A stretch of DNA of 64,000 bases from Lottia gigantea (GCF_000327385.1 NW_008709380.1:1534552-1598551); one strand, 5' to 3'. Counted from the stretch's first letter, positions 1-16,082 are shown. The notes: generated from the letters alone by a model not told the origin. Translations and numbers: made by a program.

Positions 1-14
1 AATAAAGTGTCTCT

Positions 15-484
15 TCACGAATTGTGTTCATCACTGACTTCAATATCTTCGTCGTCGTCATCTGACATATTTCCGTTATCTTTTGTCGGGCTTCTTTCCG
101 AGCAAGCAATACTGGATGTTGGAGAATGACTGCGACTCGAGTTATGATTTCCTATAATAAGAGTTTCTGTCACTTTTGAAATATCAACAGCCAAAGGTAA
201 CGTTGGATCAATAGATTTTGTAGCTGTAACGTCATTTTTCAATTCTTCTAAATCACGTTTCAGTTTTGCACGTCTGTTTTGAAACCACGTTATCACTTGC
301 GCGTTTGTTAGTCCAAGACTTTGAGCGATTTCATCACGATCCGCTGGAGTTAAATATTTCTGATAAAGAAAACGCTTTTCGAGTTCATAAATTTGTTGAT
401 TTGTAAAAGCTGTTCTGGATTTGCGTCGTTTTTTCGGTGGTTGATTTTTACCAAACAGTGCAGACTGCTCTCGTCTTTTGGCAT
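15..484 (-). CDS. Lbx: Lbx (ladybird homeobox) exon 2: last 2 nt of a split Asp codon, full homeodomain, acidic C-terminal tail, stop TGA at 15-17
   Basis: Translation KKRRKSRTAFTNQQIYELEKRFLYQKYLTPADRDEIAQSLGLTNAQVITWFQNRRAKLKRDLEELKNDV is about 55/60 identical to the vertebrate LBX1 homeodomain. The 3' splice site is tcttctatttttcag|AT on the minus strand, with the AG at 486-485. The C-terminus DDDDEDIEVSDEHNS mirrors the acidic tail of LBX1. The ORF-track 'M' at 524 is a TTG inside the intron. Confidence 0.9.
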
Positions 485-2839
485 CTGAAAAATAGAAGAT
501 TTTGGAATAATTAATAAGATGCAATTTTTTTTTAAAAAAAATCTTGTTTTGGAATAGCTATATATAAGAGTGCAAGCTAGCTCAATATATAATCCGTGTA
601 CACGTATTTTGGAAGCATAACATGTGACAGCAGTGCTCGTATATAGTGCACGAAAGTTTCTTGAGTTTTTGACTGACACGTCGCACATTATCGACATACG
701 ACAGAAAGCAAGGCATATTTTATCCTAGATTTTAATAATTCATATTCCTTTCATAAAAACAAGACAGGTGATGAGGTTTTATCATGATCATACTTTATTC
801 TCGTCATTTATCATGATCGAGAATCCAATATGGCGGCTACCTATTTTCTAGACACCCCTGTCATGTTGGACATACGCCTTGGATAAAAACGCCTGTTACA
901 AACTGTCAAAGATTAAAGACAACCGCCTATGCTCGCGGCGAGTGTTAGAAGTGTACAATTTAGTTATTATAATATACCAATTAAATATATCATTATGTTA
1001 ATAATAGGTCGAGAAAACTTTTTATATTATATGACGTTAGCCAACTTCATTATTTTCTGTAATGTGCTTACTCCGCGGTCCGCGCCATACAAGCTACAAC
1101 TAAGAATTGATAGAGATCGTTTGTTGATCAAAAACGCTTAGCCTACGTAGCTTATGTTCATATATTTATTTATTCATCTTAAATATATTTTTTCTAAAAT
1201 TTCGAAAAAGTACACCGGTAATAAATTCACAAAATATTCATTATTAAATATTCTTAAAAAGCTAGCTTGTTATCGCTCTTTACATTAACATAAAACACAC
1301 TTTTTATAGTTTTTCTACGACAAATTCCATGTCACATTTTTAATAATTTTATTCAAATTTAATCCTATAAAAGAAAAAATTTAGAATTAATTTATTTTAC
1401 ACACTTTTTCGCCTAAACCTCTTGAACCTACATTGAAATTTTATTTTATTGTTCATTTTTCTTTAATTTATATCAATTTGCAAAATAAATCTCTGTGATT
1501 ATTCCCAATTGCAGTCAATAATTGTATTCAAACGATAACGTTATGTTTGGGTCGAAGCGTTGGTTTGGGGAGACTTGCATGACATGTATATATCGAAATA
1601 TGGGTACATTGGGAAATTGTTTTGAACCCCTACCTCTTTGACCCGGCACTATTGCTGACACAAATTGATCTGCTAAAGTACAAAAAATCGATTCACGCTG
1701 CCGTCAAGGGAACACAAAGTCAATCGATAACCAGGATAAAATTCATTGAAATACAAAACTTTCAATCGATTTTTCAATAACATCAGTATTATTAAATATA
1801 ATTATTCACTTAACCCTTTACATGGTGCTGCTTTCATTAACCCCTTGAGTGCGTATCTATTAGCGGTTAATAATTAAAAGTTTGGATTTTAAGGAGAATC
1901 AACTGTAATTGAACCCATCATTTTAACCCATCAAAGGCTTCACAGAAATTCCCTTATACTTTGACTAATCCATAAAGCCTAAAATTACCAGAAATTGCTC
2001 CTAAAGAATTTTTTGAGGACCGATTTTATTTACATTAACTAAAAAATACAAATGATGTACTTGTCTTACAATACTACAACGTCTAATAAATGACGTTTTT
2101 AAAATTAATTTTATGAAAAAAATTGTCAGTATATTGTACCAGTAAATGTAGAATTTAAATGCTATTTAAACTAATATAATATTACTGCTTAATATCTCAT
2201 CTTCGCTAAAAAAGGAAAGTACATTTAATAGGCCTATCAGTCGTGTCTAATAATAATTGTTGCTAGTATATTTACATCATATTCAAATTAAACTCAACGT
2301 CTCTCTAATAAATTTATTTCTTTCGTAAACATAAAGGATATAATGTTGAATTTTAAATGTTTTGTTTACGAATTTTGAGCAACCTGTTTATGCATGTAAA
2401 ATAAATGTATTTTGACAAATAATTTGTTAGAAATGTTAAGGGAAGAAAACACTAGATTTTAAAGAATTTAGTTTTTTTAAATAATGAAATTGTTGATACA
2501 ATTTCAGCGTTTGGATTTTGCAAAGTCTTTTTCCTAATTAGATGTCTTTATTAAGAATTGTTAGAGGTACAGTGATATTTTAAGTGTAGGTTTGATTGTT
2601 CAAAACGTTCATTATTTCAATATTTAATATAAAGTTTCAACCAATATGCCACCAGGTGGGCCGTTTAAAACATCTTTCAAACCACCCCCGAGGGAAACTA
2701 GTTTGTTCGCTTAATTCAATCCCGATACAATTACACTTGTAAACAATGATACCACACGTCTTGAGAAGACGACATCAAAACTATATTCAAGATTTCCACA
2801 CAACAACTATACGTTTTTACATTATGGCATACATCGTTG

Positions 2840-3060
2840 TCCATATTCAAAATGGCTGCCTCGGAAACTTAGCTCTGCTACCAAGGGGCGGGAAATGACA
2901 CGTGCGTTGACATTTCGCGCTCCACGTAATAAGTAGGAGTGTTTGGTAAAGAGTTTTCCAGTATTTCTTCACGTTGCTAATAGAAGAAAATCGTTTAGTT
3001 GATTCTGACAGTAATTGTCACGTGTCACGCCAAATTTCAATCGAACAATGAAACTGACGA
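2840..3060. promoter_or_regulatory. CpG-dense island-like patch inside the Lbx intron, with a GC-box (GGGGCGGG) and two CACGTG E-boxes plus the palindrome TGACAGTAATTGTCA
   Basis: About 17 CpG fall in ~230 bp; the surrounding sequence has almost none. The E-boxes are at 2899-2904 and 3019-3024. Candidate intronic enhancer or alternative promoter. Confidence 0.35.
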
Positions 3061-4620
3061 AAAGTTCGTTTCATACTTGGTGATGTTTAAAGCGAAAATA
3101 ATTCTTTAATTTCATAAAGACCAGCGTCTGTCCGTCTGCTTTAAATAGAATTTGATATGGTTTGGTTTTAATAGTTGTCAACAGTTTATCCCTAAACACC
3201 TATCACACTACGACTGATTTTAATTCAAGAGGATTTTGATTTTAAATTTCTGATTTATGAATTAATAGTGCATTTGATATATTGATATAATTCTGAATAT
3301 CGGCATTCAATTTACATTCAGTAAAATTTGAAAATGAAAACAGAAATTCATGATGAAAAATCCATTTTCAACAATCAACAACGAACCAACGATTTGTTAT
3401 TCGTCCATCTTCCAAGGTGTATAAAACTATATGTATTCCAATTTAATATATTTAACTGTTATGAAGCGTACAGGAAAGCCTTCAAACAGTCGTTGGTATT
3501 TAAAGAATGTTTCAACAAAGGGAATTTTATGTCTTAACTTGAATTGTAAGAAATCGTCATAAAATATTGAATTACTATCATTTATTTTATCGTATAAAGG
3601 ATTTCAAAGGATTTACATATAATATTTGTTTGTCTGTCGTCATGTTCTTATCCAATTAGGACGAAGAAGAAAAATATCACTGGTCATAATTTGCTGTAGA
3701 GAACATTATGCAATAAATATAGATCTTTCATAATCAGTTCACTATTTCTATACGCCAACCTGTGACACATGTCCAGATGCTAGCAGTTGTAGCTGGAGTT
3801 GTCTTTGGTCAAAAGAAAATATACTTTTCTTAAATATCATATACAAAAGTAATAGAAAGGAACAAGTTTTCAGAGATAATGTCATGGCAATCACTCCTTT
3901 TAAATAATTTTCTATGTTTTATTAGAGACAATTACAAAAGCAAGGCCAATCTGATGAACAAAGACTGAAATTTCCTTACATAAATTTAAACAGTTTGACA
4001 AATACTTTAAATCAATCAAAATTGGAAGTAGAATAAACAATCGAGAATATCATTAAAAGATCCCCTGTCAGTCATTAGAATGTATGTCTATTACTGTTTT
4101 TATTTGATAAATCAAGGCCGAAAACTGATCTAGTGCGTTCACAGCTGGTAAACTTGTTAACAATCTCAACTTGTGTTTGATGTTAAAGTTATAGTCCCTA
4201 TGTTCGCAGGTAATAAAACTAATATTAGTGTGGGCAAGTAGAAAAGCGTGAAATGGTGGATGATAAGAGACGGTTAATGCACTATAAAACATGTGAAATA
4301 TAGTGATCTGGTTACTGACAGATACCATCAACAACTCTACACCCTTTTTATTTTCTTTTTTCTAATATAAATAACAATTGACCATCTGAATTGTATTGAA
4401 ATTTTAGATATTGTTTTCTTCTGTCGTATCAGTTACCAATTGTGTAAACAGAATTCTATGCAATGAAAATGCAAGTCTGTTTAAACCGACACATCAGTGC
4501 AAGTTTTCAATAATTTGTCTTTCGTGTGGAGCTTTTGCTGTAACTTTGTTATGAAATATTTTTTGCTATAACTTATATTCATGTTATGTTTATAGTTTTA
4601 AATAATTAATGTTTTATAAA

Positions 4621-4790
4621 TTTTGTTATGAACAAATCCCTTGTTGTGAATATATTACTATTGTTGTGAATAAATTACTTTTGTTATGAATATATTATTT
4701 TTGTTATGAACTTATTTCTTTTGTTATGAATTCATAACCCTTGTTATGAATAAATAACCTTTGTTATGAATAACTTACTTTTGTTATTGA
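4621..4790. repeat. 20-bp tandem repeat (TTGTTATGAA + 10 variable nt) x ~8.5
   Basis: Direct reading: a TTGTTATGAA core recurs every 20 bp at 4623, 4641, 4661, 4681, 4701, 4721, 4741, 4761 and 4781. Confidence 0.85.
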
Positions 4791-7700
4791 CAGAGTCTAA
4801 TTCAAATTTTTCCAAAATAATTGAGAGCTAAAGCTTAAACTTTAGTTTTAAGAAATTTTAACACTTCTTTAACAACAGACAATAAAATAAAGTTGATAAT
4901 AAATTAATAATATAATTTATGCAAGATTTTATATATTTCTATTTATCATAGTTAATATGACATACACTCGCTTATCGCCCTTTATATTATATTACATTTG
5001 TCATACATTTAACCATAAACTGACATATAGCGGTGACATCAAAGAGTTTCAAGACAATATAAGTAATATATTGTTTCGTATATACAGACTACTAATTATG
5101 GCATGAACGTGTATCTCATTTATACTCTTCTTTGCAACGTTTCTTCTTCTTAAGAGTGCTTATTTTTGCTCAGTAAACCCAAAGTCCAAATTTCAAAATT
5201 GTCGGCCCTATTTCCATACGAACTGTCTTACCTCTTAATGATGGATGATGTGTTCGAAACACGCGTTGGATGATTTTTAATACGAATTTATCTATAATGA
5301 TGTTTCTGTAGTAAATATTCAACTCTTGATCATAAGATATTTTATATATATCATGTCAAAGAAAAGTTCCATTGAAATAAATTTTAAAGTCTATATCAGC
5401 TGATCTCAATGACAACTCTTCGGTGCATTCATAAAATCTTATCCGAATTAAGAAGTCTAAAATAAAATTTAAGTAGGAAATATCTAAAATGCCAGTCTTT
5501 CAGACTGTCGTTTAAAAACTCGGTTCCACTTAAATATGATATTTCATCAATCGAAGTCATAATATTTAGTTCTCTGTCGGGTGCAATGTTTGATAAAGTC
5601 ATTTCAGAGCTGACTGATTTCCATCAATCTGCTATTTATTTAGTTTGGTTAAGTAGGCGACAATTTTAATATACCTGACGTTTCGTTTCAGAAATCCGTA
5701 TTTTTATTGAACCAAATCAAAGTTGTCATTTTCCATTTGTCATCGTCCAGAGCCTAACATATCAGTTTCAATCTAGCAATTTTATCTCCGTAAAGTTATC
5801 AAGGACATAAATTGGTCGATAGACTTCTTAAAAACACGGAACGTTCTAAATATTCCAAAATGAAACATTTGTTTGGATTACTTTGGAGCGAAGTTCGGCA
5901 AGAGAATGGCTGAGTAGAAAATTAAATAGGAGAATGTTTACTGTCAGTACACATGTTTTGACAGAAAGTCTCTTGTCTTCTACCACATCTACATCTAAAC
6001 AAAGATGTTATAATACGAGAAATGACGAGATTGTATGAGATTATGTAAGATATATGTTATGTTATCGGGTTCGCCATCTCTTTAATGTCTGCTAAGCTGT
6101 CAGTTTGCCTTTAAATACTTTGGCGTTTAAATACTTTTCATATTATCAGCAGACGATTTCATATTTCACAAGATTTAAATCATTGTCAATTTTGTCAGCT
6201 ACAACTTAATATATTCATCTTTTTATAAATGATACATTCTTTAGGGTTTCCTTTGCGGCATTATTTTCTGAATGAAATTGAAGTTCGTGTTTCTTAACTT
6301 TTTGTTAAAATAATTTAGCGTATCTAAAACTAACTATGTCCGCATTTACCTTTCAACGTGTCGACATTACGCTTATTTGAAACGGAATTCCGAAGTTCGT
6401 AAGCTTACGTCAATACACAAATTAAAATTCACTAATTATACATATATTACTTACAAATTCTTTTCATGTACAAACTATCTCATAAAACAAAAGAAACGCT
6501 GAAATGGTACAATTGGGTACAAAATGTTAATCCTCTAAGGCTGCGTACAAAGCAATGATTGGCATATCCTGATAAAAAGACCCGAAACGCAAGACAGTTA
6601 GGCTTGTTGAAATGAAATATTATTATATATGATGTACATATAATGGTGTTTATTAAAGATCAAAGGGATTTTACACCTTTACAGGTTAAATGTACGTGTT
6701 TGGAGGTTATCAAGTAGAAGATGTATTGTCTTGTTATTATGACAGTCAAGTCAACGTGGTGATGAGACAAGGTATTTTAGAGGAATAAATTAGTATATCT
6801 TGTCAATTACTTGTCTCAGTGTGGTCACTCACCATGTTTTTACACTCTCTCATCTACTTGAATAAGGTGTGCTTACACACGTTAATAATCGACGAAAGTT
6901 TGAAAAACGAAAGGATAAGGGAATTAACATTGAACTTAAACATCAGCACAATATCGCACTGGTTCACGATGTACTTCGAATTTTGATTTTTTTTTAAATG
7001 GACCAATTTGGGACCATTTTGGTTAGGGGGTCAAGTAATTAGCACATGAATACATATATTAATCGAATTGTTGAGAGATCATCAGCAATTTAACGGTTTA
7101 ACCCTATTGGAAATTTTATTGAACAACAAGAAAGATCCATCACTTTACAAGGTATTCGCGCTGACAAACCTTAACCTTGACTACTTATATGAAATACCAC
7201 CACCAATAAACACCAGTTGATCAAATCTTTCATCGCCAAATGTTTGCTCATTTCAAGCTTCACCTTAACTACCGTAGATTAAAGAAGAAAATTAATTAGT
7301 TTGTCGTTAATTTGTCATCGTTGATTGGTTATCAAAGTTCATTTATCAAACATTCTCAACCTTTTACCATGTTTTCTTTCCACTGCCACACAAACGGAAC
7401 GAAATCACACACCATTCATTCATTTCCGCTTATTTGACGTCTGATGAATTTTCAATATGGCCGACAGACAAGAAGATCTTCTAATTTACCTTCACTTTAA
7501 AAGAGTTCTAATTACAGAAATTATCTCCCTAATTAATTTTGACAGTTGTTGGATACTATCAGGTAAAATAGAAGCAGTTACCGCCCTTTTTCTGACGACT
7601 GTGACGACAGTAATCTTTCAATGCATTGTGTACTGTATTAAATATCATTAAACGATTTAATATGTCGTTCCGTTTCATGTCAACGACGAATTTTTTAATC

Positions 7701-10700
7701 TACTCCAGGACTGCGAATTTTGTTTTATGTCAATCAAACGTATTTAGTACGAAAAAAATCTAGTTGTATTGAAATAATTAAGAGATTTCAAACGATGGAG
7801 CAATGTGACCTAGAGGTCGATTTGGTAATATCAAATTTAGGCACACCTATATACTAACTGTCTTCAATTTATTAAATTTAGCGTTGACATAGGTAACAAG
7901 GGCTTGTTTGCTATGTTAACCCTTTTTTCACAAAAAAAAAGAAATTATCATAAGATATTTTTTAATACTGTTAATGATTTCAAAATTTCGTTCCCTTATA
8001 CACTTATAAAGTTTGCATGGGAGATATTTTATAAAGAAAAAGCACTGGGGTATTTCCAAATAAAACAACCCACAAAAATTATACATCATGGGTGTCTATT
8101 TTAAAATATTTCAGATAGTGTCAACGTTAAATCAATTAAAATCGTCCTTCTTTTTGACGTTTAATACATATTTTTTTTTAAGATTTAGCAAATTTTACGT
8201 AATACATAATAATATTTGACAATGATATTTCAATTTGACATATTATAGAAAATTTACGTCCTTCTAAACATGTCTCGTGATGGCTTTAAAACTCTTATTA
8301 TCATGTTTTAAGACTAATTTATTCATAATAATCATGGCTCATTATTCATGCCGTCAACAAAATTTCGATAAAAATAAAATAAAAGTAGAGCATGTTTAGA
8401 GAAGGCTTGATTAACGATAGATTTATGCTTAATACGATTTAAAGATGATAAGCCATTCGTAATTCTAATTTTAATATGTTCTAGTGAATTGAGTTTTATA
8501 TCAACAAAGAACGTCAGCATTTTTTACAGATGAAGATATGACCCCCCTCAAAGAGTATCAACAATATAATCGTTTGCACCTTCACTGCTATTGCCTAAGT
8601 TGAGATAGTAAGGGCTTCCATAAGCCAAAAAAACAAAAACCACGAGGTGTTCCGAATTCATTATGTTATTCTATAAAGAATTTATTATCAAATTTATACC
8701 AGATTATATTAGGTGATGTTTATATTTTCAGAGCATTGCTAGAGATCCGATTTCGTTCAGTTAAATATACTAACCACAATTATATTCTGGATATCAATGT
8801 CTCGAAACCAAGTACAATTTGAAGATATTCTAATGTTTACAGATCAGTTTTATAATTAGACAGTGTTTCAAGTACCTTCATGATAGATCAATCAAAACAT
8901 TTGGAAATATAAGGCGCTGTTTTATATTTTACTACTGTATAGTCGTCATTTCAGACTGACACAAGTCGTACACTGTAATGTAAATCTATCATCAAATGGA
9001 GTCGTAATACCTATTTCATATATTATAAAGAACAATTCATTCCCCAAAATCTGTAATGCCAACTACCTAAAGAATATAGGGCTCTAATCCCTTCTTCCTC
9101 CCACAATCATACGACTGTATAATGTAAATATCTCACTATATGCACCATGTTAGAACAGGGCTTAAATAAACTCTTCTTTTCCGAGCATAATCTCAGCAAC
9201 TGTAATCTTTAATTACAAAAGATGGTAACGGTTTTTAAGCGAATGCAAAGAAAAGACCACCTTTTTACTTTACAGACAAGACTTACAGTGTAAAGCCACT
9301 AGGTCGGCAATTAACTCCATTTCGTCGTATTCCGCATCAAAAGTTGAAGTCAGTTTGTAATTTTCCGGTACACTGATGATGTTTTTACCGTACTATAAGT
9401 AGAGTACTTCAACTAAATACACTATCCAATTAGTGGTACTTATATACTAGTTAGCTTGAGACTGAGCTATTTGTCTGAAACAATTTCCAAACTACTTCTC
9501 TCATCAAACTGTAATTGCGTCATTATGTTAATATTTTTTCCAGAATTTCTGCTCTTGTATAAGACAAGATCAAAGCATATTTTATCCAAAGGTATGGCAT
9601 TGATGTGAATTGGAAGCACCGTCGTTGGCAACCAACAAAAGAATCAAAATGATCAATATGGTAACTAATTCCATTTTTATAAAACATTAATATTCGACCT
9701 AGACACCTGAATAAGACATGTAAGTAAGGAAACTAAAAAAACCGTTATATGCTTATTTCCTCTACGAGGTACGGTTTGCTCTTAATTCCCTCTGCTTATT
9801 TCTAAACAGTCAACATTGGAACTTGTCAACTTTTTGCACCAATAACCTTATTATTTATCACATGGAAGCAATTGTATCGGTTAAGCTATTTGAGGAATTG
9901 AGAAATCAATAACTAATCGCGGTTGTACATGACGATATGACATATCACCTTGGCTGAAGAACGAATGCATCGATAAAACCATTTTTCTACTTAAGTAAGT
10001 TTTTTAAAGGCACACTAACCTGTCAGAACGATAGACTGATTAGTGATCTACTGATACCTGACTTGTCTAATTGAAATTGTCAAACTGTCATTATATTTAG
10101 ACATAACATGATCAACGTGTCAAACGAATAACGAAAGAGAATAATTAAGGTAACTTTAGAAGGAGATATGTTTAAGATAGCTTGGTTCGTTCGGGTTGAG
10201 ATCTAGCATACAATGTGAATCTCGAGTGCGTTCCAGTAGCTGACTGCTTAACAATTCTGGAACAATAATCAAATTTCTAGTCTTAAACAAACTCAAGCTT
10301 CATTTCTTGAAACAACAATTGCGGAATGGATGATTTAAAAGTTATAGCATCGAACATAAACCGGTTTAAAAATGTTACGTAAATAGACAGTGTATTGATA
10401 AAAACGAATTCTTAGACGCGTTCGAATCAACATACATTTCACTATATAAATCTCAGAAGTTGAATTACGCCATAAAGTCAGTGTATGAATGAAGCATTCA
10501 GAATTTCAGATGTTGCAAGGAAGCGGTTTAATGGTGACCTCGGTGACCCCGAACTCTCCTCCTGTGAGGTAGAAATAGTATATTCAAACTATTTCTAAAT
10601 AGAGATTTCTTTTAATTAGTCTTGATGTTTATATGTCGTTTTTTTTTATTTTTACTAAAATAGATCATTTTACCTCAGAATATATCTCGTGTATGTTGAT

Positions 10701-13700
10701 TTTTTGAACATTATACTTACCAATAAATGTTAAACGAAAAGAACCGCTTGAACTGATGTAAAAGAAATTGAACTGTTGGAAGTTAAGTACCGAACATTTA
10801 AGTGTTTTACTAAACTTATTATTTCACGATTTATGGTTGTATATGTATAATCTAATTAAATAATTTTACAAAAGTTTCTGGCTGGTGAGAGTTCAACGGA
10901 AAATCTTGAAATTATGTTGCCTTCTTTTTGAAGATCCTTATGATCCATCAGCAACTGGATTTGGCAACTTAGTGAACTTCTCGAAGTCAAGTGTTTAACG
11001 CTATTTTGGTATACCAATTAGGTTTAGCCATTTTTTTTTCTAATTCTTAGTAAAAGTCCGTCATTTGAATTTAATTGTGTATTAAAATCTTTTTATGAAT
11101 TCTACAATAATAATCTGAATTATCATCAACGCTAAATATAAAATTGAGACACTCTGCTCGGCCATGAAAATTAAAATTCTTTGATTATATCTTTAGAAAT
11201 TTAAACAAGATAGAAACAAAAACGGATTTTTGTTGAAAGTATCTTTGACTTGTATCAAGATTGGGAATGGAGATTTTGAAAGTGAAAATGTAAAATATGA
11301 AAGATGTTGTGAGAATGGAAGTAAGTTATAATGATAGAATATGACAGTGTGGTATGACAATATCCCTGTCATTTAGTACAAACTCTTTAAGAACATGTGC
11401 CAGGAAGTATTCTCTTACGGTACCAGGTAATTCTAATTACCACATTACACTGTATGGTTACTCTTGGACTAATTATATTCTAGCCATGGTTCCCTGGACG
11501 CAGTGACCACCAACAGAATTGGTAGTGACCACACATTTGATTTTTACATTAAAATGACCATGATTCAGGAATCACTCTTAAATGATTTTTTGACGAAAAC
11601 CATTTTTTAAAAAACAGTTGATATCATAATTTAAATATTTCAGAATTTTAATTCGAGTAAATTACTAAATCCAGATACATCATTTTCCGCAATATCATAT
11701 TGAAAAAATACGAATAGATTGCAATTGCAAGTTTCAAAAACTTGGTTATGTTTTACCATGCTATAGGCTCAGGCACATTCACACATGGAATGCATGATGC
11801 ATATTTGATTCTATCTTGAATCAAGACATAGAACTAAACAATGAACTGAAAAATATTGACTATACAACAAAAGGGTTTGTTTTGCTTTTCATTTTTAAAA
11901 TTAGGAAATGCATTTCTATGTGGTTTTATGAACTGAAAATAGCGTTTTAATCGAAACTGTTGTGTATTTCACACTGAAAACAATTTTAATAGAAGAAAGA
12001 TGAAGTAAATAACGACTTTATTTTGAAATAAGTGATAAAGTAATGATAAAGCCTTGTCAATAGAGATGTTTGTACAGATTGTATATATATAATATTATTA
12101 TTTATCTCCTAACTTCACACAAAATATTACCATCATATCTACATAGTTTCACATTTTCAAAAAGGCTCAACATATGTTTTTACTATTAACATATTCCCAT
12201 AAATTAGAAACTTGCTACATAAAGCTAATGTGATGTAATAGTTTTCACTGTGATTACATTGAAGGGTATTTTGGTCTGAGGGAGCTCTCTAGTGGAAGGA
12301 AAACACATCAAGTCTTAATTTATAACAGATGAATCCATTACAACTTTACCTCCATTATAAAAGAGTCTTTGAGAAAAAAAGGCGGTAATATATCATCACT
12401 TTTTCTGCCTTGTTGTCGATTAACTATAGGAGAAAATTTACGAGAATGGGTAATATTTGAAGCGATGATGTGTTTTCCAAACGAATTCAGGAGATTTTTA
12501 CGCAACCTTTCAACAATAAAGTGTATAAGCAATTGAACAAGCTCGTAATGTTTCGTTTGTAAGTTGAAAAATAGCTTTGTAACATAATCATGTAGTATCA
12601 AAGAACGTTCACAAAGCAGATAGTCATTAGACTTGATAGAATAACAAATTCTTAACGATTTGAGAAAATTAATATTCCATAACAGTATTTCTACAGCTGG
12701 ATTTTTGATACATAGCTCATTGTCACTCAGTACAAACCCAATTTTCCTCTCTCTCCAAACTCTTTACTTTCTATATTGAAAAGTCGTTAAATATTATCTA
12801 ATGTTTTAACTGACTGTTTCAATTCTAAACGAACGACGTCGTAAATTATTTCAATAATAGAATTTCTGTATGTTAGTTGTGTTCCAAAATGAGTTTTCAT
12901 CAGTGCAAATAGATTAGTTATGGCTCACAGGAGAGAAAACACCACAATGCATTTTTATACAAAATACACTATTATTTATCTCGGCTAAAAGCACATTAGA
13001 TACACGCTATTTTGACAATGACTTTATGTGTTTTACCTAAAAATATTTTAGAGGAATTCGTTATCGTCACTATCCAAAAGAAATTGCCCTGATTGATACT
13101 GGAAGGTCATGCCTAGCTGCACCATAGAGTTGACGATTTAATATGAATAACTTTGTTCACTAGCTTATTTCAGACATATAGAACGAATGGATGGTAAAAA
13201 AAACTGTGGATATTTCGAATGTGATACTAACTTGCATCATATTATGATCTCATTTTGAGATATATTATAGTTTTTACATAAAATACCGAGGAAAAAAACA
13301 TATTCCGCTGATGGTCAGTTCTGTCTCAATTCAAAAATCAAATATTAAATTCTATAATTTTTGTCTAATGATTACCAAATCATTCAGCAATCATGACGAA
13401 AATGCCAAATCGGAAGTGACGTAATGACTGTCATGGTGGTATTTAGTGTTAATTTGTTAATTAAAATTTGGCAACTTAGTTGATTGATGGGTGATGGTGA
13501 TCTTGATTTTAGATTTTCTACCATCTTAAATTGGCGTTAAATTACTTAATTATTTTATTGTCTAACTAAAGGGCTGCGAACATTCTCCTTTTCTTTGATA
13601 CCTTTAAATCTGGAATTTCAACTATTTCTTCATGAAGGAATTGAACTTTAAAAATCTCCTTTGACCACAATCTCAGGCCATATATTGACCGTTTTTATTA

Positions 13701-15894
13701 AGATTTGGTGCGATATGAGTGAGGGAATTTGGGGCATTTAAATAAGGTTACCTCAAGATGGTCTGAGAACAGAATGTGTATTTAATGCTAGAACTAAATC
13801 CACTCAATGTTCATTTATTCACACATGGTTTAAAATATAAAAGCAAGAAAATCTTTTCAAAGCATTGAGTGCAAATCTGCAGATTGATAGGGGAAGTGAC
13901 TAACTTGATAACCAATCATGAATTATTGCCTTTCTGCATGATTTTATTGGCCTTATTCCATGACAAATCATGTTACAGTTATGGATAACCGATCGCTGAT
14001 GATCATTCATCTATTTGCAGTGATTGGGCTAAATATTTGGGTAATTTCGGCTATTTGAAATATAATTAAGCGAGCATGTTCCTAATTATACTGTCATATT
14101 AAGACTGCAGATTGAGATGATGGATCTATCCCACTGTATCAATGATATATATCAAAGGAATTTACTGATAAATATGAAAAACATTTCCGTCATAATTAAT
14201 ATATCAATCAAAATAATTAAAAATTAATCCAAAACACCCCAATATTATGTAATAAATGTAATATTTTATGTCTCTTAATTAAGATGTTCGTTTATTAAAA
14301 ATATAGGATAAGTTTCCACCAGATCACCGAGCTGAAGGCATGCATATCAGTAGGCGGTTATTTGATGCCGTAATAATACACGATGCCTTGAATGCTCGGT
14401 CCACCTTCTTCCTATCTGAACTCGAAAACACCCAATGTACTTGCCATTGTTCTTCTTCTAAGCTATATCTTTCCGAGAACAAAATGTGCAGTCAACATTC
14501 ATGGCGAATTTCTACATTTCTTTAAGCATCTAATAAATTGTTTTGCTAGCTAATTTTGTAACATTACTCTGTAATTTAGGCTATATATATTTCAAATCTA
14601 AACATCTTTGTCGAAAAGATCTGGTTTACATTGAGAAATGTGAATAAAATTCTTGTCGATAGATTTGCAGCCAATAGAAACAATAGAAACAATCGCCTGC
14701 GATTTTAGTTCGAGAGTGCAATTCAATGCCGATTTTTTTTTCTATCAAGCAGGGTTCTTCTCAAATAAAAGAAAAAGAACAAAGTCAATCTGAATCTCAT
14801 AATTTTTCTTTTCACTACCTACTATGAAATTTGAGACTCTAGCTTATAATAATATTAGTGAAAATCATTTCAGTATGTCGCTCTTTCGTAACGACCTAAA
14901 TTTTGCAACCTAAACCCCTTTTAAACGGACATGCATTATCAAAAATGTTTTTGCAATCTTTAGTAAGGAGCGTTTAAAACAAAATATCACTGAAATTATT
15001 TTACAGGGACAAAATATTCAAATATCACATTGAAGCAAACAAAATATGACATATCGATTCTTTGTTATTATTGAAAATCAGAATTTATATCTATTGTTCT
15101 CGTGGACATCAATCGAAGAGAAGTGTGTTTGAATCTATTTGATAGAAAAATCAGTGAATTTTTAAATGTTTTGAACTGAAGCAGAAGATTGACAACATCA
15201 TCAACATTACTAGTATGATCAAAGATGACGTCATATATTGAAGAATATCCGATATATCATATTTGAATAATTGATTGATCGGCACGTGCTGTAATGACAG
15301 GTGTTATATTGATTATAAATAGGATATATATCGATCTCTATCTAAGCTTTGATTAAACTTCGTCCAGAGCTCTGTCATTCATCATTTTTCACTGTAATTA
15401 TGTTAATAAGGATATTTTGAGCGATATTTTATAGCCATTATATTGACAGTTCAAAGCTTGCGACCACCAATATTTTCTAAATTATCGCTTCTTTTTTAAA
15501 CTTATATACTTTGTGGTCAAAAACTTTTAAGCGTCAAAAATTTATCAAACTTCAAACATCACTGCAATTAACCGATTTCTTTTTTTAAATCATGGGCTTT
15601 TCCCCAACACGCGTATTTGAATGTAATTTTATAATATTATATAGTTTTATGTATGAGCATTAAAGTGTTATATTTAACTTCTCTAGTCTGAGAATTGAAC
15701 ACAAAAAATTATAACCTACTCTATCCTATTTGGTCCTATCGCTTCTATTTCTATCATATCCATTTTATCGAACCACATCCTATGTTACCATATCCTACCT
15801 TCGACATTGCATTAAGTTTAAAATGTTGAAAATGAAAGCCTGGTTAACCATGCATCATTTTCCGTTGCAATTGTGTTACATTCCACATTTTGCT

Positions 15895-16082
15895 GTATCA
15901 TATTTACAATATGACGTCTACAAGGCCGTATTACGATATGATATTTACAATAGTCTTCTTACGAATTATGTACAGGACTATATAAACGAAGTGATATTTA
16001 CAAGGATATATTTACAATATGATGATATTTACAAGGATATATTTACAATGCCATATTTGAAATATCGTTATTTCTTACAATG
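15895..16082. repeat. Degenerate minisatellite built on (G)ATATTTACAA(G/T) motifs, irregular 14-40 bp spacing
   Basis: The motif recurs at 15900, 15942, 15994, 16008, 16026 and 16040. It produces the spurious Tyr-rich ORF 15730-16083. Confidence 0.7.

Noticed and set aside
524-524. ORF-track start codons (524, 18177, 39899)
   Set aside because: They are TTG codons reported as M. The real Lbx ATG is at 18159. Exon 2 begins at the splice acceptor at 484.
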